64,000 bases of DNA. Source: Bacteroidota bacterium. Its GTDB lineage: Bacteria > Bacteroidota > Bacteroidia > AKYH767-A > 2013-40CM-41-45. Positions within the stretch are counted from its first letter, which is position 1. Every line of letters starts with the position of its first letter. The notes below the pieces were generated by a model. The model was not told the DNA's origin. It made no database searches and was given only the letters and a program-made list of their open reading frames with translations. Location of the stretch: NCBI GenBank assembly GCA_031417395.1, contig JANOVM010000057.1, forward strand, positions 18,078 to 82,077. Direction: 5' to 3'. Of this stretch, positions 36,060 to 46,755 are shown in pieces. The translations under genes were made by a program, and so were the position numbers.

Positions 36060-38135
36060 TTATGAAACAACAAGCCTCCGAACAAACCGTTTATTATTCA
36101 CCGTCACTTCTACCAGGTAAATACCGGGAGTTAAAACAGGCAAAGTATATTCATGGATTCCGGAAGAAAGGTTTTTGTCCGGTATAGTCACTAGGGTTTG
36201 TCCTAAAATATTTTTTACATCTATAATTACAGTACCGTTTTTATTAAGAGCAAAACTTACCGTAGATGTTCCATAGGAAGGATTGGGAAAAAGGGCAAAA
36301 CCGGTTTGCAGTTCATCTGCTTCATCAATTCCGACGATATTGCCGGTAATATTTATATCATCTATGTAGATGTTGTTGCCTCGATCACTGGTATTCTGAA
36401 ATTTGAAACGCACATTTGCTTTGTTCTGCACCGGATTTGTATTTACATTTTCTAATCTCCATTGACCGGCATTGACAGGAGTAAAATTCGAAGTTAATAT
36501 TCCTGAAGTTGACAAGACTGCTCCTGATTTATTAAAACCTGTAGACGACCATGTTTGTCCGCAATTTATAGAATAGTAAAGTCTCAATTCATCAGTTGAT
36601 GAATTGTTCCGTTGTGCATTTGCAACTTTAAATGATACATTTATCGGGTAACTTACATTGCTAAAATCAATGGAAGGAGTTATCCACGAATCAACTTCTC
36701 CTGCAGTATTGTTATAGTTATTTATTTTAATTGAATGATTGCCGCCTGCAGTTGTATTGGCATTGGATACTCTCGTCCATGTTCCGCTTATTGAGTTATC
36801 CGGATTATCTACCCAGCCATCTATGCCGGGAAAAGAAGCAGAGTCTTCGAAATCTTCGGTAAACGGCATTGTTCTCATAGGTGCAGCGGTTATTCGAACG
36901 GTTGAATTCTTAGTAATAGAATCTGTTCCGCCTGCACTCGTAACAACCAGTGTTGCATTATAAATACCGGCGGCTGAATAATAAACCAAAGGAGCACTGT
37001 CAATACTTGTAGCCGGATTTCCACCCGGAAAGCTCCAGTTCCATGAAGTAACCGGAGCATTCCAGCTTTGGTCAATATACTGAATAGGAGAACCGGCACA
37101 ACTGTAAAAATTGGCCACTGTAAAATCAGCAGTAGGAATGCATATAGCTGCTGTTGATCCATCAGTTCCTGTAGCAATAAGATTTGTTGAAGTCCATAAA
37201 TTATTTCTTCCGCCAATTGGTGAATTTAGTGTTGCAAGCATACGTGTTTTTTGCCCTTGGGTAAACATCTTATCGCAATAAGAATATTCCATATAATTCT
37301 GAACATTTTCAACTATTGGTGGATTGCAATAAGCACCTGTAAGGATGCATTGATTCCATCCAATACTAATAGGGGTATCAGAAACATTATCATCGCCGCA
37401 AGCTACACCCGGGGAATTATTACTTCCCCATACATGGGAAAGGTTTAAATAATGACCAACTTCATGAGTAAGTACTCTGGAATGAAAGAGGCTGCTATAG
37501 CCAATACTTCCCACGTAATTTGCAAGAGACATAACTCCGTCAGTAAGGCTCCATCCACCGGGATATTGAGCATACGCTGCAGCTCCTGACAAGCCCAGGC
37601 TATAGGCAGTCCAGATATTCAGGTATTTGTTATTGGGCCAGGGATTTAGTTTAGAATCGTCATCAGCATTGTACGTTTTGTCAGTATAAATTCGTTCTAT
37701 TCCATTCGTACAATTTCCATTTGGATCGATGGTAGCCAGACGAAATTCAATTTCACAATCGGCAGCAATTGATTTGAAAGCGGGAACAATGTCAACCGTG
37801 TCGTCATTCAATTTGCGAAAATCGCGTGTCATAATATTTACAGCATCAATTACCTGAGCATCAGAAATATTTTCCGGTCCGTATTGATGTAGAATATGAA
37901 ACACTACAGGAATAACATAGATTTGTCGTGTTCCTGTATGCTGCACCCGGGCATTATTTTTATATTGGGTGGTAAAATCTTCCAGGTCTGCTAGATTTTT
38001 TTCATATTCCGGATTTTTCAAAATATCCGCTTTGAATTTTTCCGTAGTAAAACAATGGAGAAGCGTTTCCTGTGCAAATGCATTGGAAAAAGTAACTAAG
38101 GCAAACAGGAGAAATAGATTTTTCATTCGTTTCAA
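36060..38135 (-). CDS. secreted zinc metalloprotease (M43 pappalysin/cytophagalysin-like HExxHxxGxxH) with PKD-like domain and T9SS CTD
   Basis: VLTHEVGHYLNLSHVWG carries the HExxHxxxxxH zinc motif. A signal peptide is present. The C-terminus ALFPNPSYGTSTVSF...GIYLVEVTVNN is a T9SS CTD. Confidence 0.7.
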   Translation of the reverse strand: MKRMKNLFLLFALVTFSNAFAQETLLHCFTTEKFKADILKNPEYEKNLADLEDFTTQYKNNARVQHTGTRQIYVIPVVFHILHQYGPENISDAQVIDAVNIMTRDFRKLNDDTVDIVPAFKSIAADCEIEFRLATIDPNGNCTNGIERIYTDKTYNADDDSKLNPWPNNKYLNIWTAYSLGLSGAAAYAQYPGGWSLTDGVMSLANYVGSIGYSSLFHSRVLTHEVGHYLNLSHVWGSNNSPGVACGDDNVSDTPISIGWNQCILTGAYCNPPIVENVQNYMEYSYCDKMFTQGQKTRMLATLNSPIGGRNNLWTSTNLIATGTDGSTAAICIPTADFTVANFYSCAGSPIQYIDQSWNAPVTSWNWSFPGGNPATSIDSAPLVYYSAAGIYNATLVVTSAGGTDSITKNSTVRITAAPMRTMPFTEDFEDSASFPGIDGWVDNPDNSISGTWTRVSNANTTAGGNHSIKINNYNNTAGEVDSWITPSIDFSNVSYPINVSFKVANAQRNNSSTDELRLYYSINCGQTWSSTGFNKSGAVLSTSGILTSNFTPVNAGQWRLENVNTNPVQNKANVRFKFQNTSDRGNNIYIDDINITGNIVGIDEADELQTGFALFPNPSYGTSTVSFALNKNGTVIIDVKNILGQTLVTIPDKNLSSGIHEYTLPVLTPGIYLVEVTVNNKRFVRRLVVS

Positions 38136-38341
38136 TTAAATAGCAGAGGATTGGGAGTATTGATAATTCAAATATAGTTAAAAAATTTCACATGCAGAAA
38201 CTACCGTAAATAGTACTATTTTATAGTATTCTTTAATTGCTGAATGGAAGTCCGCTTACATTAAATATGCATTAAAACAATAATAAATTTTGTTCAAGGT
38301 ATAATATTTATAATATTTGTTAACTCGAAATCCCCAAAGTA

Positions 38342-39979
38342 ATGTTCAAAAAACACCCCAAGGCCTTACCGTATCTTTTCCTTTCTGAAATGTGGGAACG
38401 ATTCGGCTACTACCTGATGCTCGGCATATTTTTTCTTTATATGACCGATACACAAAAGGGTGGTATGGCCATTGATCGAAAGGAAGCATCGGATATATTC
38501 GGAACATTTATCGCTCTTGTTTTTCTTACACCTTTTATCGGCGGATTACTTGCAGACCGTGTACTCGGTTACAGGGTGTCAATTACCATCGGAGGAATTC
38601 TTATGGGAGCCGGTTATTGTACGCTTGCTTTGCCGGGGATGCCTGCGTTTTATATTGCCATGTTGTTAATCATTATTGGCAATGGATTTTTTAAACCGAA
38701 TATTTCAACGCTTCTCGGCAATGTATACAATAGGGAAGAATATAAGACGCATAAGGATTCGGGTTACAATATTTTTTACCTTGGAATTAATCTCGGAGCT
38801 TTTATCTGTAATTTTTTTGGATCGTATCTGAGAAATAATTTTTCATGGGGGCATGCTTTCTTAGCTGCAGGCGTGGGCATGTTTGTTGGCGTAATTATTT
38901 TCTGGCTGGGGAATAGGCACTATAAGGATGCCGATGTGCGTAAACCCGTTCAGGCCGAAGACATGTCCTTGCCAAAAATATTCAGCATTGTTCTTTTACC
39001 TGCAGTAATAGCAGGATATATTGGATGGATAATTCCCGGCAATATCTTTGGCAGTGATTCAACCGATGCTTTTATTTTTGGTGCATTGCCGGTAATAGGA
39101 TTTTATTTCTCCCTTTTTGTGCGTGCGCGTGCTGAAGACAAGCGTCCCATAGCTGCACTCCTGTCTGTTTTTGCAGTAGCAATAATTTTCTGGGCTATCT
39201 TCAAGCAAAACGGTACAGCATTAACTACCTGGGCGGAAAACTATACTGACAGAGAACTTCCGGCCGCTCTTGTAAAGCCGGCAAATGCGCTGGGAATGGT
39301 GCAGGAAGCTAAGATGACAAAGGATTCTGTTCCATTATCTGATGAACAATTCAGAATAACACGCAGTGCAGAAGGGAAAGTATTGCGCACATTCGATCAT
39401 CCCTTGTATTTTAAAAACCTTCCTGAAGAAGGACGACCGGCAGAAGGGGAGTCGTTAAAACTTCTATCCACAGAACTTTTCCAGTCAGTAAATCCTTTTT
39501 GGGTAGTAACGCTTACTCCGCTTGTAGTTGCTTTCTTTTCATTTCTAAAGAGAAGGGGAAAAGAACCATCAACACCGTGGAAGATATTTTACGGACTATT
39601 CATAACGGCATTGTCAACCCTTGTAATGGTTGGAGCAGCAATTTTTTCTGATAATGGAATGGTAAAAAGTTCCATGATGTGGCTGATATCTTCTTATTTT
39701 GTCATTACGATAGGTGAATTGTGTCTCAGTCCTATGGCCCTGTCGCTGGTGTCAAAATTAAGTCCGCCCCGGTTAACAGCCTTGATGATGGGCGGATGGT
39801 TTTTATCTACCTCCATTGGAAATAAATTAAGCGGCGTACTTGCTTCACTTTGGGATGGCTACGAACACAAAGCGAATTTCTTTCTTGTGAATTTTATACT
39901 TGCTCTGATTACATCTGTAATTATTCTCTTAATGGTTCGCTGGCTGAATAAAATTCTGAAAGAGCACGGCTTATTGTAA
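38342..39979 (+). CDS. POT/PTR2 family proton-dependent di-/tripeptide transporter
   Basis: The PTR2 signature SEMWERFGYYLMLGIFFLYM (ExxERFxYY), and about 14 TM segments. Confidence 0.85.
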   Translation: MFKKHPKALPYLFLSEMWERFGYYLMLGIFFLYMTDTQKGGMAIDRKEASDIFGTFIALVFLTPFIGGLLADRVLGYRVSITIGGILMGAGYCTLALPGMPAFYIAMLLIIIGNGFFKPNISTLLGNVYNREEYKTHKDSGYNIFYLGINLGAFICNFFGSYLRNNFSWGHAFLAAGVGMFVGVIIFWLGNRHYKDADVRKPVQAEDMSLPKIFSIVLLPAVIAGYIGWIIPGNIFGSDSTDAFIFGALPVIGFYFSLFVRARAEDKRPIAALLSVFAVAIIFWAIFKQNGTALTTWAENYTDRELPAALVKPANALGMVQEAKMTKDSVPLSDEQFRITRSAEGKVLRTFDHPLYFKNLPEEGRPAEGESLKLLSTELFQSVNPFWVVTLTPLVVAFFSFLKRRGKEPSTPWKIFYGLFITALSTLVMVGAAIFSDNGMVKSSMMWLISSYFVITIGELCLSPMALSLVSKLSPPRLTALMMGGWFLSTSIGNKLSGVLASLWDGYEHKANFFLVNFILALITSVIILLMVRWLNKILKEHGLL

Positions 39980-40000
39980 ATCAACAGTACTGTAAAAAAA

Positions 40001-40453
40001 TTAATTTTCGGCGGAAGGAATATCTAAGGAAAAATTCGACCGAAGAACAGAATCTAACTTTTCATAACTGGATTCTCCTTTGATTACATAACCGATTACT
40101 CCTTTTTTCCTTGCAAGTTCCATTATCCTTTCATTGTCAATGGAGGTAAACATGATAAAATCAGAATATGGACTTATCTCTTTAAGCTTCGTAAGTACTT
40201 CAAGACCGTCTTTGGAAGATGCTACGGTAGAATCTAAAAAGAAATCAAGTAAAATCAGGTTGGGAGTAGCTTTAGAAACGATTATATCCTTAATACATTC
40301 ATCTCCATTGTTAAAACCTTTTACGACAAGATGCGGGTATTTTCCAAAAAAATCAATAAGCATACTGCGCTCAAAAAGGTTGTCTTCAATAATGTAGACA
40401 GTACTAATTTTTTTAGGTTTGGGAACATTAAAAGATAGTTTAATCGGGTCCAT
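40001..40453 (-). CDS. single-domain response regulator (receiver/CheY-like)
   Basis: STVYIIEDNLFERSMLIDFF...PNLILLDFFLDS...GLEVLTKLKE has the receiver acidic pocket and phospho-acceptor Asp. The ORF track extends to 40516. The internal Met (MDPIKL) at 40453 fits the domain start better. Confidence 0.55.
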   Translation of the reverse strand: MDPIKLSFNVPKPKKISTVYIIEDNLFERSMLIDFFGKYPHLVVKGFNNGDECIKDIIVSKATPNLILLDFFLDSTVASSKDGLEVLTKLKEISPYSDFIMFTSIDNERIMELARKKGVIGYVIKGESSYEKLDSVLRSNFSLDIPSAEN

Positions 40454-40920
40454 TTTATTTTGAGAATTTAATAGTCGGGCAAAGATAAAAATTATATGGT
40501 ATGTTAAGTAAGTCAATTCGTTGAATCAAACAAAAGGCCTGCTCAAATAACACTTACATGTAGTGTTGAAAACCTTTTCAAATTTACATTTTAAAGGTAT
40601 TTATTTTTATCCGTAAATCAGGATTTTTGGATTTGCTTAATGTAGAGGGGATAAAAAAGCAATAAAAAATTATTTTCTATTCACCCAAAAATTTTAAAAC
40701 TCTGACAAAAAAAGCGCTTTTTCTTATTTAAAAAGTGCGTTTTTTTGATCCGATAATATTTAACCAATATTTAATGTACTTTTCTGTTGTTATTGATTAA
40801 ATTTAAAAATAGTTAATCTTAAAATATAACAGAATTCGGCTTTAGAAAATATGTTATAGATAACGAGTCCTCACGGTATAGTATCTAAGTTAAATATACA
40901 TAATAAAACCTTAATCCTTC

Positions 40921-43900
40921 ATGATTCGATTTATACAAAGTTTATTAGTTGTCATGTTTTTGTTTCTGTCTTCTTCAGTTGCACAGAACATTAAGATTAA
41001 TGAAATTTGCCCAAGTAATTACATTTCTTTCGAGGATTCCTATGACGAAAGGGGTGACTGGGTAGAATTTTACAATGCAGGAAATTCCAGTATTAATATG
41101 GCCGGAATGTATCTGACGGATAATTTCGCCAATCTCACAAAATTTCAAATTCCTGCTAACAATTCATCCGCTACCACAATAGCTTCTCACGATCATTTAA
41201 TTTTTTGGCTGGATGAAGAACAGTATAAAGGTCCGACACATACCAATTTCAAACTGAGCAATACCGGTGAACGTATTGCACTCGTGGCTTCCGATGGAGT
41301 TACTATAATCGATTCTATTTCCTTTGGTGCAATTACATATGATGTTACCCTTGGACGCACGACGGATGGCAGTTCCTCTTGGAGCTACTTTCCTGTACCT
41401 ACTCCCGACAATAATAATTCAGGCGGGGGTTATTTAGAGATAACAGGTAAAGCGAATTTTGTTCAGTTCGCCGGATTTTATCCTTCAACCATACAGGTTG
41501 AACTTACTTATCCGGATCCGACAGCTTCAATCTACTATTCAATAAATGGAAATGAACCATCACCCACGCGCGGAATATTGTATACCGGTCCCATTACCGT
41601 AAATACAACTACTGCTATGCGAGCGCGTGTATTTAAAGCAAATTATATTCCCGGAGAAGTAACAACAAGTACCTATTTCATCAACAGACCTCACGATCTG
41701 CCCATACTTTCAGTGGTAACTGATTCATTAAATCTATGGGATGAGAATACGGGAATTTATTGTTTTGGTGTAGACGATTACGATCACTCTTATCCTTACA
41801 GCGGGGCTAATTTTTGGGAGGACTGGAAAAAACCTGCACACATTGAATTATTCGAAACATCGGGAGGAGAAGTAATCAGCCAGAATTTAAAACTTTCCAT
41901 TAGCGGCAATACCAGCCGCGCCTATGCACAAAAGTCGCTCAATTTTGAATCAGAGGATGCACTCGGGAAGAAAAATATTTCTTACCAGATTTTTCCTCAG
42001 TTGCCAATTACAGAGTATAAGTCTTTTAAAGTGCGCAACGGAGGATCTGACTGGAGCAGTACAGGTATAAGGGATGCTTTTAACCACACACTTCTCGAAG
42101 GAGCAATGGATGTTGATCACCAGTCTTTCCGGCCCGTTATTCTGTATATTAACGGAGCGTACTGGGGGTTAATTCAAATGACAGAAAAGATCGATGAAGA
42201 TTATCTGAATGCGCATTTTCCGGCTATAGATAAAGACAGTGTGGATTTATTATTCAGTAATGCACAAGTTGCCAATGGTGATGCCAATAGTTACAATGCT
42301 ATGATTAACTACATAGCAAATAATTCCATGACGCAGCAATCAAACTATAACTTCATAAAGAACCAAATAGACATACCGGAATACATCAATTATTATGAAT
42401 CCCGAATTTACTATGCTTCTACAGACTGGCCATATAAAAATCTTTATTTCTGGCGCCCCAAAGACCAGAGCATGAAATGGAGATGGATTATGTGGGATAC
42501 TGACCGGTCAACCTTACTTACAACAAATGCTAATCATCCCTGCAATGTAAACCACAATACTCTTGCCTGGGCAACTACCAGCAGCTCAAACCCCCCATGG
42601 TCTCAGTTCCTAATTAATAATTTACTGCTAAATTCAGAATTCAAATCGCAATTCATTACGCAATTCGCTCATCATATTAATTTTACCTTTTGTCCGAGCC
42701 GAACGGATTCTGTACTGAATGTTTTTAGAAACAGACTCCAGAATGAAATGCCTGCACACATAGCAAGATGGGAGTATTCTAACGATACGCTCGACTATTA
42801 TACTGCAGGTTATTACCATAGTCTTAACCAATGGAATAAGGAAGTTGACACGATTAAATTATTTTATGACAACAGGGCAAATTACATGCGTAAATTCATC
42901 ATGCAACAATTCTCAATCGGAGATACTTCTCATCTATCGTTAGTGAAAAATCCCCCTCAAGGCGGAATTGTTGTTATTGACACATTCAAAGTTCCTTCCA
43001 ATCCTTGCCGTCTGGTTTATTTTGACGGATATCCGGTTACACTAAAAGCAATAGCAAATCCGGGTTATGTTTTTGCAGGATGGACATCAGGCGGAGGAAA
43101 TATTTTACCCTTTAACTGGGTTCCAAACGGAGACACGACTGTAACGGCTTATTTCACTCCCTCATCTGCTACTCAACCCAATCTTGCTTCATCGAATTAT
43201 TCAGCTACAATCACGGGTTGTACAGACATTGATTTAAGCTGGTTTTCCGGAAATGGTTCCTCAAGATTAGTTATAGCCAGAGCAGCTTCGGCTGTTAATG
43301 CTTTACCTCTGGATCTTCAGGGATACGTTGCTGATGCCATTTTTGGTAATGGTTCAAATCTTGGAGGAGGTAACTTTGTAGTTTATTCCGGAAGTGGTAA
43401 TTCCTGTACTGTTACCGGACTTACCGCCGGAGAAACATATTATTTTGCCATAATAGAATTTAATGGAAGCTCCAATACCAGCGATTATTATACTACAAGT
43501 TACCTAACAGGAAATACGATAGCCGCATCTTTTACCGCTTATACAGCAGCTATTTCAAATACAATTTGCCAGGGATCCTCTACAGTAATAACGGCGGGGG
43601 GAGGAGTAACTTACCAATGGTCACCTTCTACCGGTTTATCATCTTTAACAGGAGCTACAGTAACCGCTAGTCCAAACAATACCCTTACCTATACTGTTAT
43701 TGCTACGGATGGCAATGGATGTCAGGCCATATCCAAAATTAAAATCACAGTGAACCCCCGGCCAACAGTTACGCTTAATAATTTTTCAGATGTATGTTTA
43801 TCATCTAATCAGGTTACTTTAACCGGCGGCTCTCCGGCGGGCGGCGTGTATTCTGGAACGAACGTTTCTTCAGGTTCATTTAACATATCAGCTGCAGGTG

Positions 43901-45378
43901 TCGGGAATCATACAATTAAATATCGTTACACAAACACTTATGGCTGCAGCGATTCTGCTTCTGCACAGCTAAAAGTACTCGCACTTCCAAACGTAGCATT
44001 AAGTGCATTTAACAGCGTGTGTTTAAACTCGTCTGCATTTTTATTAAACGGCGGAACACCATCAGGAGGCACATACAGCGGACCGGGAATTAGCGGAGGA
44101 TCATTTAATCCTGCAACTGCCGGTGCAGGGTTACATACAGTCACTTATTCTGTTACAAATAGTTCCGGATGTTCCGGTCAATCTACGTCAACCATTGTAG
44201 TAAATGCTAATCCTAATGTTTCTTTAAATGCATATAGCAATATTTGTCTGGGTGCTTCACCGATTGTATTAAGCGGCGGAACACCATCAGGAGGCACATA
44301 CAGCGGACCGGGAATTAGCGGAGGATCGTTTAATCCTGCAACTGCCGGTGCAGGGTCACATACAGTCACTTATTCTGTTACTAATAGTTCCGGATGTTCC
44401 GGTCAATCTACGTCAACCATTTTAGTAAATGCTAATCCTAATGTTTCTTTAAATGCATTTAGCAATATTTGTCTGAGTGCTTCACCGATTGTATTAAGCG
44501 GCGGAACACCATCAGGAGGCACATACAGCGGACAGGGAATTAGCGGAGGGTCGTTTAATCCTGCAGCTGCCGGTGCAGGGTCACATACAGTCACCTATTC
44601 TGTAACAAATAGTTCCGGATGTTCCGGTCAATCTACCTCAACCATATTGGTAGATGCTATTCCGAATGTTGCATTAAATGCATTTAGCAGTACTTGCCTG
44701 AATGCTTCACCAATTGTATTAAGCGGCGGAACACCATCAGGAGGAAGCTACACAGGACCGGGAGTAAGTTCCGGTTCTTTCGATCCTGCAACAGCAGGAG
44801 TGGGAACACACACTGTCACGTATTCTGTTACGAATAGTTCCGGATGCTCCGGTCAGTCGGCTTCTACTATTTTAGTAAATGTTAATCCAACTATTTCACT
44901 GGGTATTGATACGACGATTTGTGATTTCAATTCCATTCAACTCGATGCGGGAAGCGGATTAAGTTCTTACCTGTGGTCAACAGGTGAAACTTCGCAAAGC
45001 ATAATTGCTGATAGCGCAGGCCATGGATTGGGGACAGTATCCTATAGTGTAACCGGCACCAATGCTTTTGGATGCACAGCGAATGATGACATCAATGTAA
45101 CGTTTGATTTATGTTCTTATATTAATAGCGCACCCCTTCAATCCTCTTTATTAGTATTTCCTAATCCGTTTAGCGATGAAATTACCATTCTGATATCAGA
45201 AAATAATTTCACAATAAATATGTTTGATGTACTGGGCAATATCGTATTCAGCAAGCGGACGAATTCAACAAGTGCCATCATCCAACCTGTTGTTTCGGCA
45301 GGAGTTTATTTCCTCCAGGTTGTGACGGCAAATGGTAGTAAGACGATTAAAGTCGTTAAGACAAATGGAGTAAATTGA
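40921..45378 (+). CDS. giant secreted CotH kinase-like protein with N-terminal lamin-tail domain, chitobiase-C-like domain, tandem SprB-type Ig-like repeats and T9SS CTD
   Basis: The lamin-tail domain is KINEICPSNY...DWVEFYNAG...GMYLTD. CotH-like block: ...VRNGGSDWSSTGIRDAF...ILYINGAYWGLIQMTEKIDEDYL. There are five 75-77-aa repeats (GGTPSGGTYSGPGISGGSFNPATAGAGSHTVTYSVTNSSGCSG). The C-terminus LVFPNPFSDEITILI...GVYFLQVV is a T9SS CTD. Confidence 0.8.
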   Translation: MIRFIQSLLVVMFLFLSSSVAQNIKINEICPSNYISFEDSYDERGDWVEFYNAGNSSINMAGMYLTDNFANLTKFQIPANNSSATTIASHDHLIFWLDEEQYKGPTHTNFKLSNTGERIALVASDGVTIIDSISFGAITYDVTLGRTTDGSSSWSYFPVPTPDNNNSGGGYLEITGKANFVQFAGFYPSTIQVELTYPDPTASIYYSINGNEPSPTRGILYTGPITVNTTTAMRARVFKANYIPGEVTTSTYFINRPHDLPILSVVTDSLNLWDENTGIYCFGVDDYDHSYPYSGANFWEDWKKPAHIELFETSGGEVISQNLKLSISGNTSRAYAQKSLNFESEDALGKKNISYQIFPQLPITEYKSFKVRNGGSDWSSTGIRDAFNHTLLEGAMDVDHQSFRPVILYINGAYWGLIQMTEKIDEDYLNAHFPAIDKDSVDLLFSNAQVANGDANSYNAMINYIANNSMTQQSNYNFIKNQIDIPEYINYYESRIYYASTDWPYKNLYFWRPKDQSMKWRWIMWDTDRSTLLTTNANHPCNVNHNTLAWATTSSSNPPWSQFLINNLLLNSEFKSQFITQFAHHINFTFCPSRTDSVLNVFRNRLQNEMPAHIARWEYSNDTLDYYTAGYYHSLNQWNKEVDTIKLFYDNRANYMRKFIMQQFSIGDTSHLSLVKNPPQGGIVVIDTFKVPSNPCRLVYFDGYPVTLKAIANPGYVFAGWTSGGGNILPFNWVPNGDTTVTAYFTPSSATQPNLASSNYSATITGCTDIDLSWFSGNGSSRLVIARAASAVNALPLDLQGYVADAIFGNGSNLGGGNFVVYSGSGNSCTVTGLTAGETYYFAIIEFNGSSNTSDYYTTSYLTGNTIAASFTAYTAAISNTICQGSSTVITAGGGVTYQWSPSTGLSSLTGATVTASPNNTLTYTVIATDGNGCQAISKIKITVNPRPTVTLNNFSDVCLSSNQVTLTGGSPAGGVYSGTNVSSGSFNISAAGVGNHTIKYRYTNTYGCSDSASAQLKVLALPNVALSAFNSVCLNSSAFLLNGGTPSGGTYSGPGISGGSFNPATAGAGLHTVTYSVTNSSGCSGQSTSTIVVNANPNVSLNAYSNICLGASPIVLSGGTPSGGTYSGPGISGGSFNPATAGAGSHTVTYSVTNSSGCSGQSTSTILVNANPNVSLNAFSNICLSASPIVLSGGTPSGGTYSGQGISGGSFNPAAAGAGSHTVTYSVTNSSGCSGQSTSTILVDAIPNVALNAFSSTCLNASPIVLSGGTPSGGSYTGPGVSSGSFDPATAGVGTHTVTYSVTNSSGCSGQSASTILVNVNPTISLGIDTTICDFNSIQLDAGSGLSSYLWSTGETSQSIIADSAGHGLGTVSYSVTGTNAFGCTANDDINVTFDLCSYINSAPLQSSLLVFPNPFSDEITILISENNFTINMFDVLGNIVFSKRTNSTSAIIQPVVSAGVYFLQVVTANGSKTIKVVKTNGVN
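43753..44883. repeat. five tandem ~225-231-bp coding repeats inside the CotH-like gene (units 3 and 4 roughly 95% identical at DNA level)
   Basis: Unit starts are at 43753, 43984, 44209, 44434 and 44659. Comparing unit 3 with unit 4 by eye shows about 10-12 mismatches per 225 bp. Confidence 0.8.
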
Positions 45379-45732
45379 CTTTAAAAGATTTATTTTTTAA
45401 TATATATAGTTCTATTTTTGCCTTAAATAATCAGCCCTTGCATATTTTAAAGTCAAATAGTTGAATGGTGTGCTTAAATTCTTATATAAGCCCCGGGTCC
45501 GTCATTAATTGGGGCATTTAACTAAGTTTTAACTTCATTTTTTTGTTTTGTTATAAAATTATTTTTCAAATACTTGACAATGATCAAATCATATAGTAAG
45601 TTTGATTAAGAAATTTTTAGTTTAGTATTAATTTAAGAAACCTTCTGTTATTTAATTATGTCGTAATTTGTTTTTACATTTTTAATTACACCAAAGACCA
45701 AAGGTACAAGAGGTCATAAAAAACTAATCACA

Positions 45733-45969
45733 ATGGAAAAGAATCCAATAAAATCATTTGAAAGTTTGAAAGGTCAGGAAGTAGATGGTCAAAATGTAAA
45801 GGGTGGTTTCAGCTTAATTCGCAACGAAGATAATGCCGGCCACTACCATGTAGTTAATTTTGATCGTGCCATGCACAATGCTCTTGATGATGCAAGACAT
45901 CATGGATTTAAGAAGGCAACTTTAACGGATAAAGTTAGCGGCAAATCCACAACATTTATTATTGATTAA
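45733..45969 (+). CDS. double-glycine leader peptide precursor (bacteriocin-like/secreted peptide), copy 1
   Basis: The 25-aa leader MEKNPIKSFESLKGQEVDGQNVKGG ends in GG. A 53-aa Cys-free core follows. A C39-peptidase ABC exporter gene lies downstream. Confidence 0.5.
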   Translation: MEKNPIKSFESLKGQEVDGQNVKGGFSLIRNEDNAGHYHVVNFDRAMHNALDDARHHGFKKATLTDKVSGKSTTFIID

Positions 45970-46294
45970 GTTCCCCCTTAGTAAAAGCCATTCTTACTTC
46001 ATTTTATTTTAAAATATTGATAATCAAACAATTAAAATCATTATTGAACGATTTTATATTGAAATAGTGCATGTTTAAAGAAATTTTAGAAAAACAATAA
46101 TTTCAAAGATGAAACAACAATTTTTTGAAAACACTTGCTAGTTAATAATTTTAATATTAGATTTGATATAAGATTATGGAACACTAACGTTCTTTAATTG
46201 AAAGATTTTATTTTTAATAGTTAAATAGTTAATCAATTTTTTTTCAAAAACCAAGGACTTAAGGTACAAGAGGTCAACAAAAAACAAAACCACA

Positions 46295-46531
46295 ATGGAA
46301 ACAAACCCAAAAAGATCTATCGACAGCTTGAAAGAACAAGAAGTAGATGGCCAAAATGTTAAAGGCGGATTCGTATTAACCAGCGAAAGCAATGGTACCG
46401 GTTATTACACAGCGGATAGCCCGGATGACAAAAATGCAGCTTTAAATGATGCAAAAATGAAGCATTATAAATATGCGGTAATTACTAACAGAACTACCGG
46501 TGTAGCTAAAACGTTTACTATTGCATATTAA
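46295..46531 (+). CDS. double-glycine leader peptide precursor, copy 2 (paralog of 45733-45969)
   Basis: The leader METNPKRSIDSLKEQEVDGQNVKGG is nearly identical to copy 1 and the core is divergent. The 5' UTR motif AAGGTACAAGAGGTCA is shared at the same distance from the ATG. Confidence 0.5.
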   Translation: METNPKRSIDSLKEQEVDGQNVKGGFVLTSESNGTGYYTADSPDDKNAALNDAKMKHYKYAVITNRTTGVAKTFTIAY

Positions 46532-46608
46532 TTCTTAGACCTCATTTTGTAGTTAGATTATTCTATAATAATTGACGCAAATGGAGGTAAAAAACAAATT
46601 TAGTAATT

Positions 46609-46649
46609 AAAGCGGGGTTGGTTCATATAACCAACCCCGCTTTTTTTTT
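46609..46649 (+). terminator. strong intrinsic terminator after the second leader-peptide gene
   Basis: aaagcggggttggtt-catat-aaccaaccccgcttt followed by a T9 run. Confidence 0.7.
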
Positions 46650-46755
46650 AATACTAACTTAAAAGTTGTATTATTGAATTTTAAATACAATTATTCTGAA
46701 ATTTTTTAAAAATAAAAAGCGCATTTTCTTTCCTGCTATTCAGGGGGCTGATGCT

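Noticed and set aside
40517-40920. Palindromes AAAAAGCGCTTTTT / AAAAAGTGCGTTTTTTT in the divergent promoter region between the response regulator and the CotH-like gene
   Set aside because: They are short AT-rich palindromes of the kind common in this genome. They have no second copy elsewhere in the window, so there is not enough evidence for a specific operator.
43938-44594. Three minus-strand ORFs of 63-68 aa (43938-44144, 44178-44369, 44403-44594) with nearly identical sequences
   Set aside because: They are the reverse-strand shadow of the 225-bp tandem coding repeats inside the CotH-like gene and are not independent genes.
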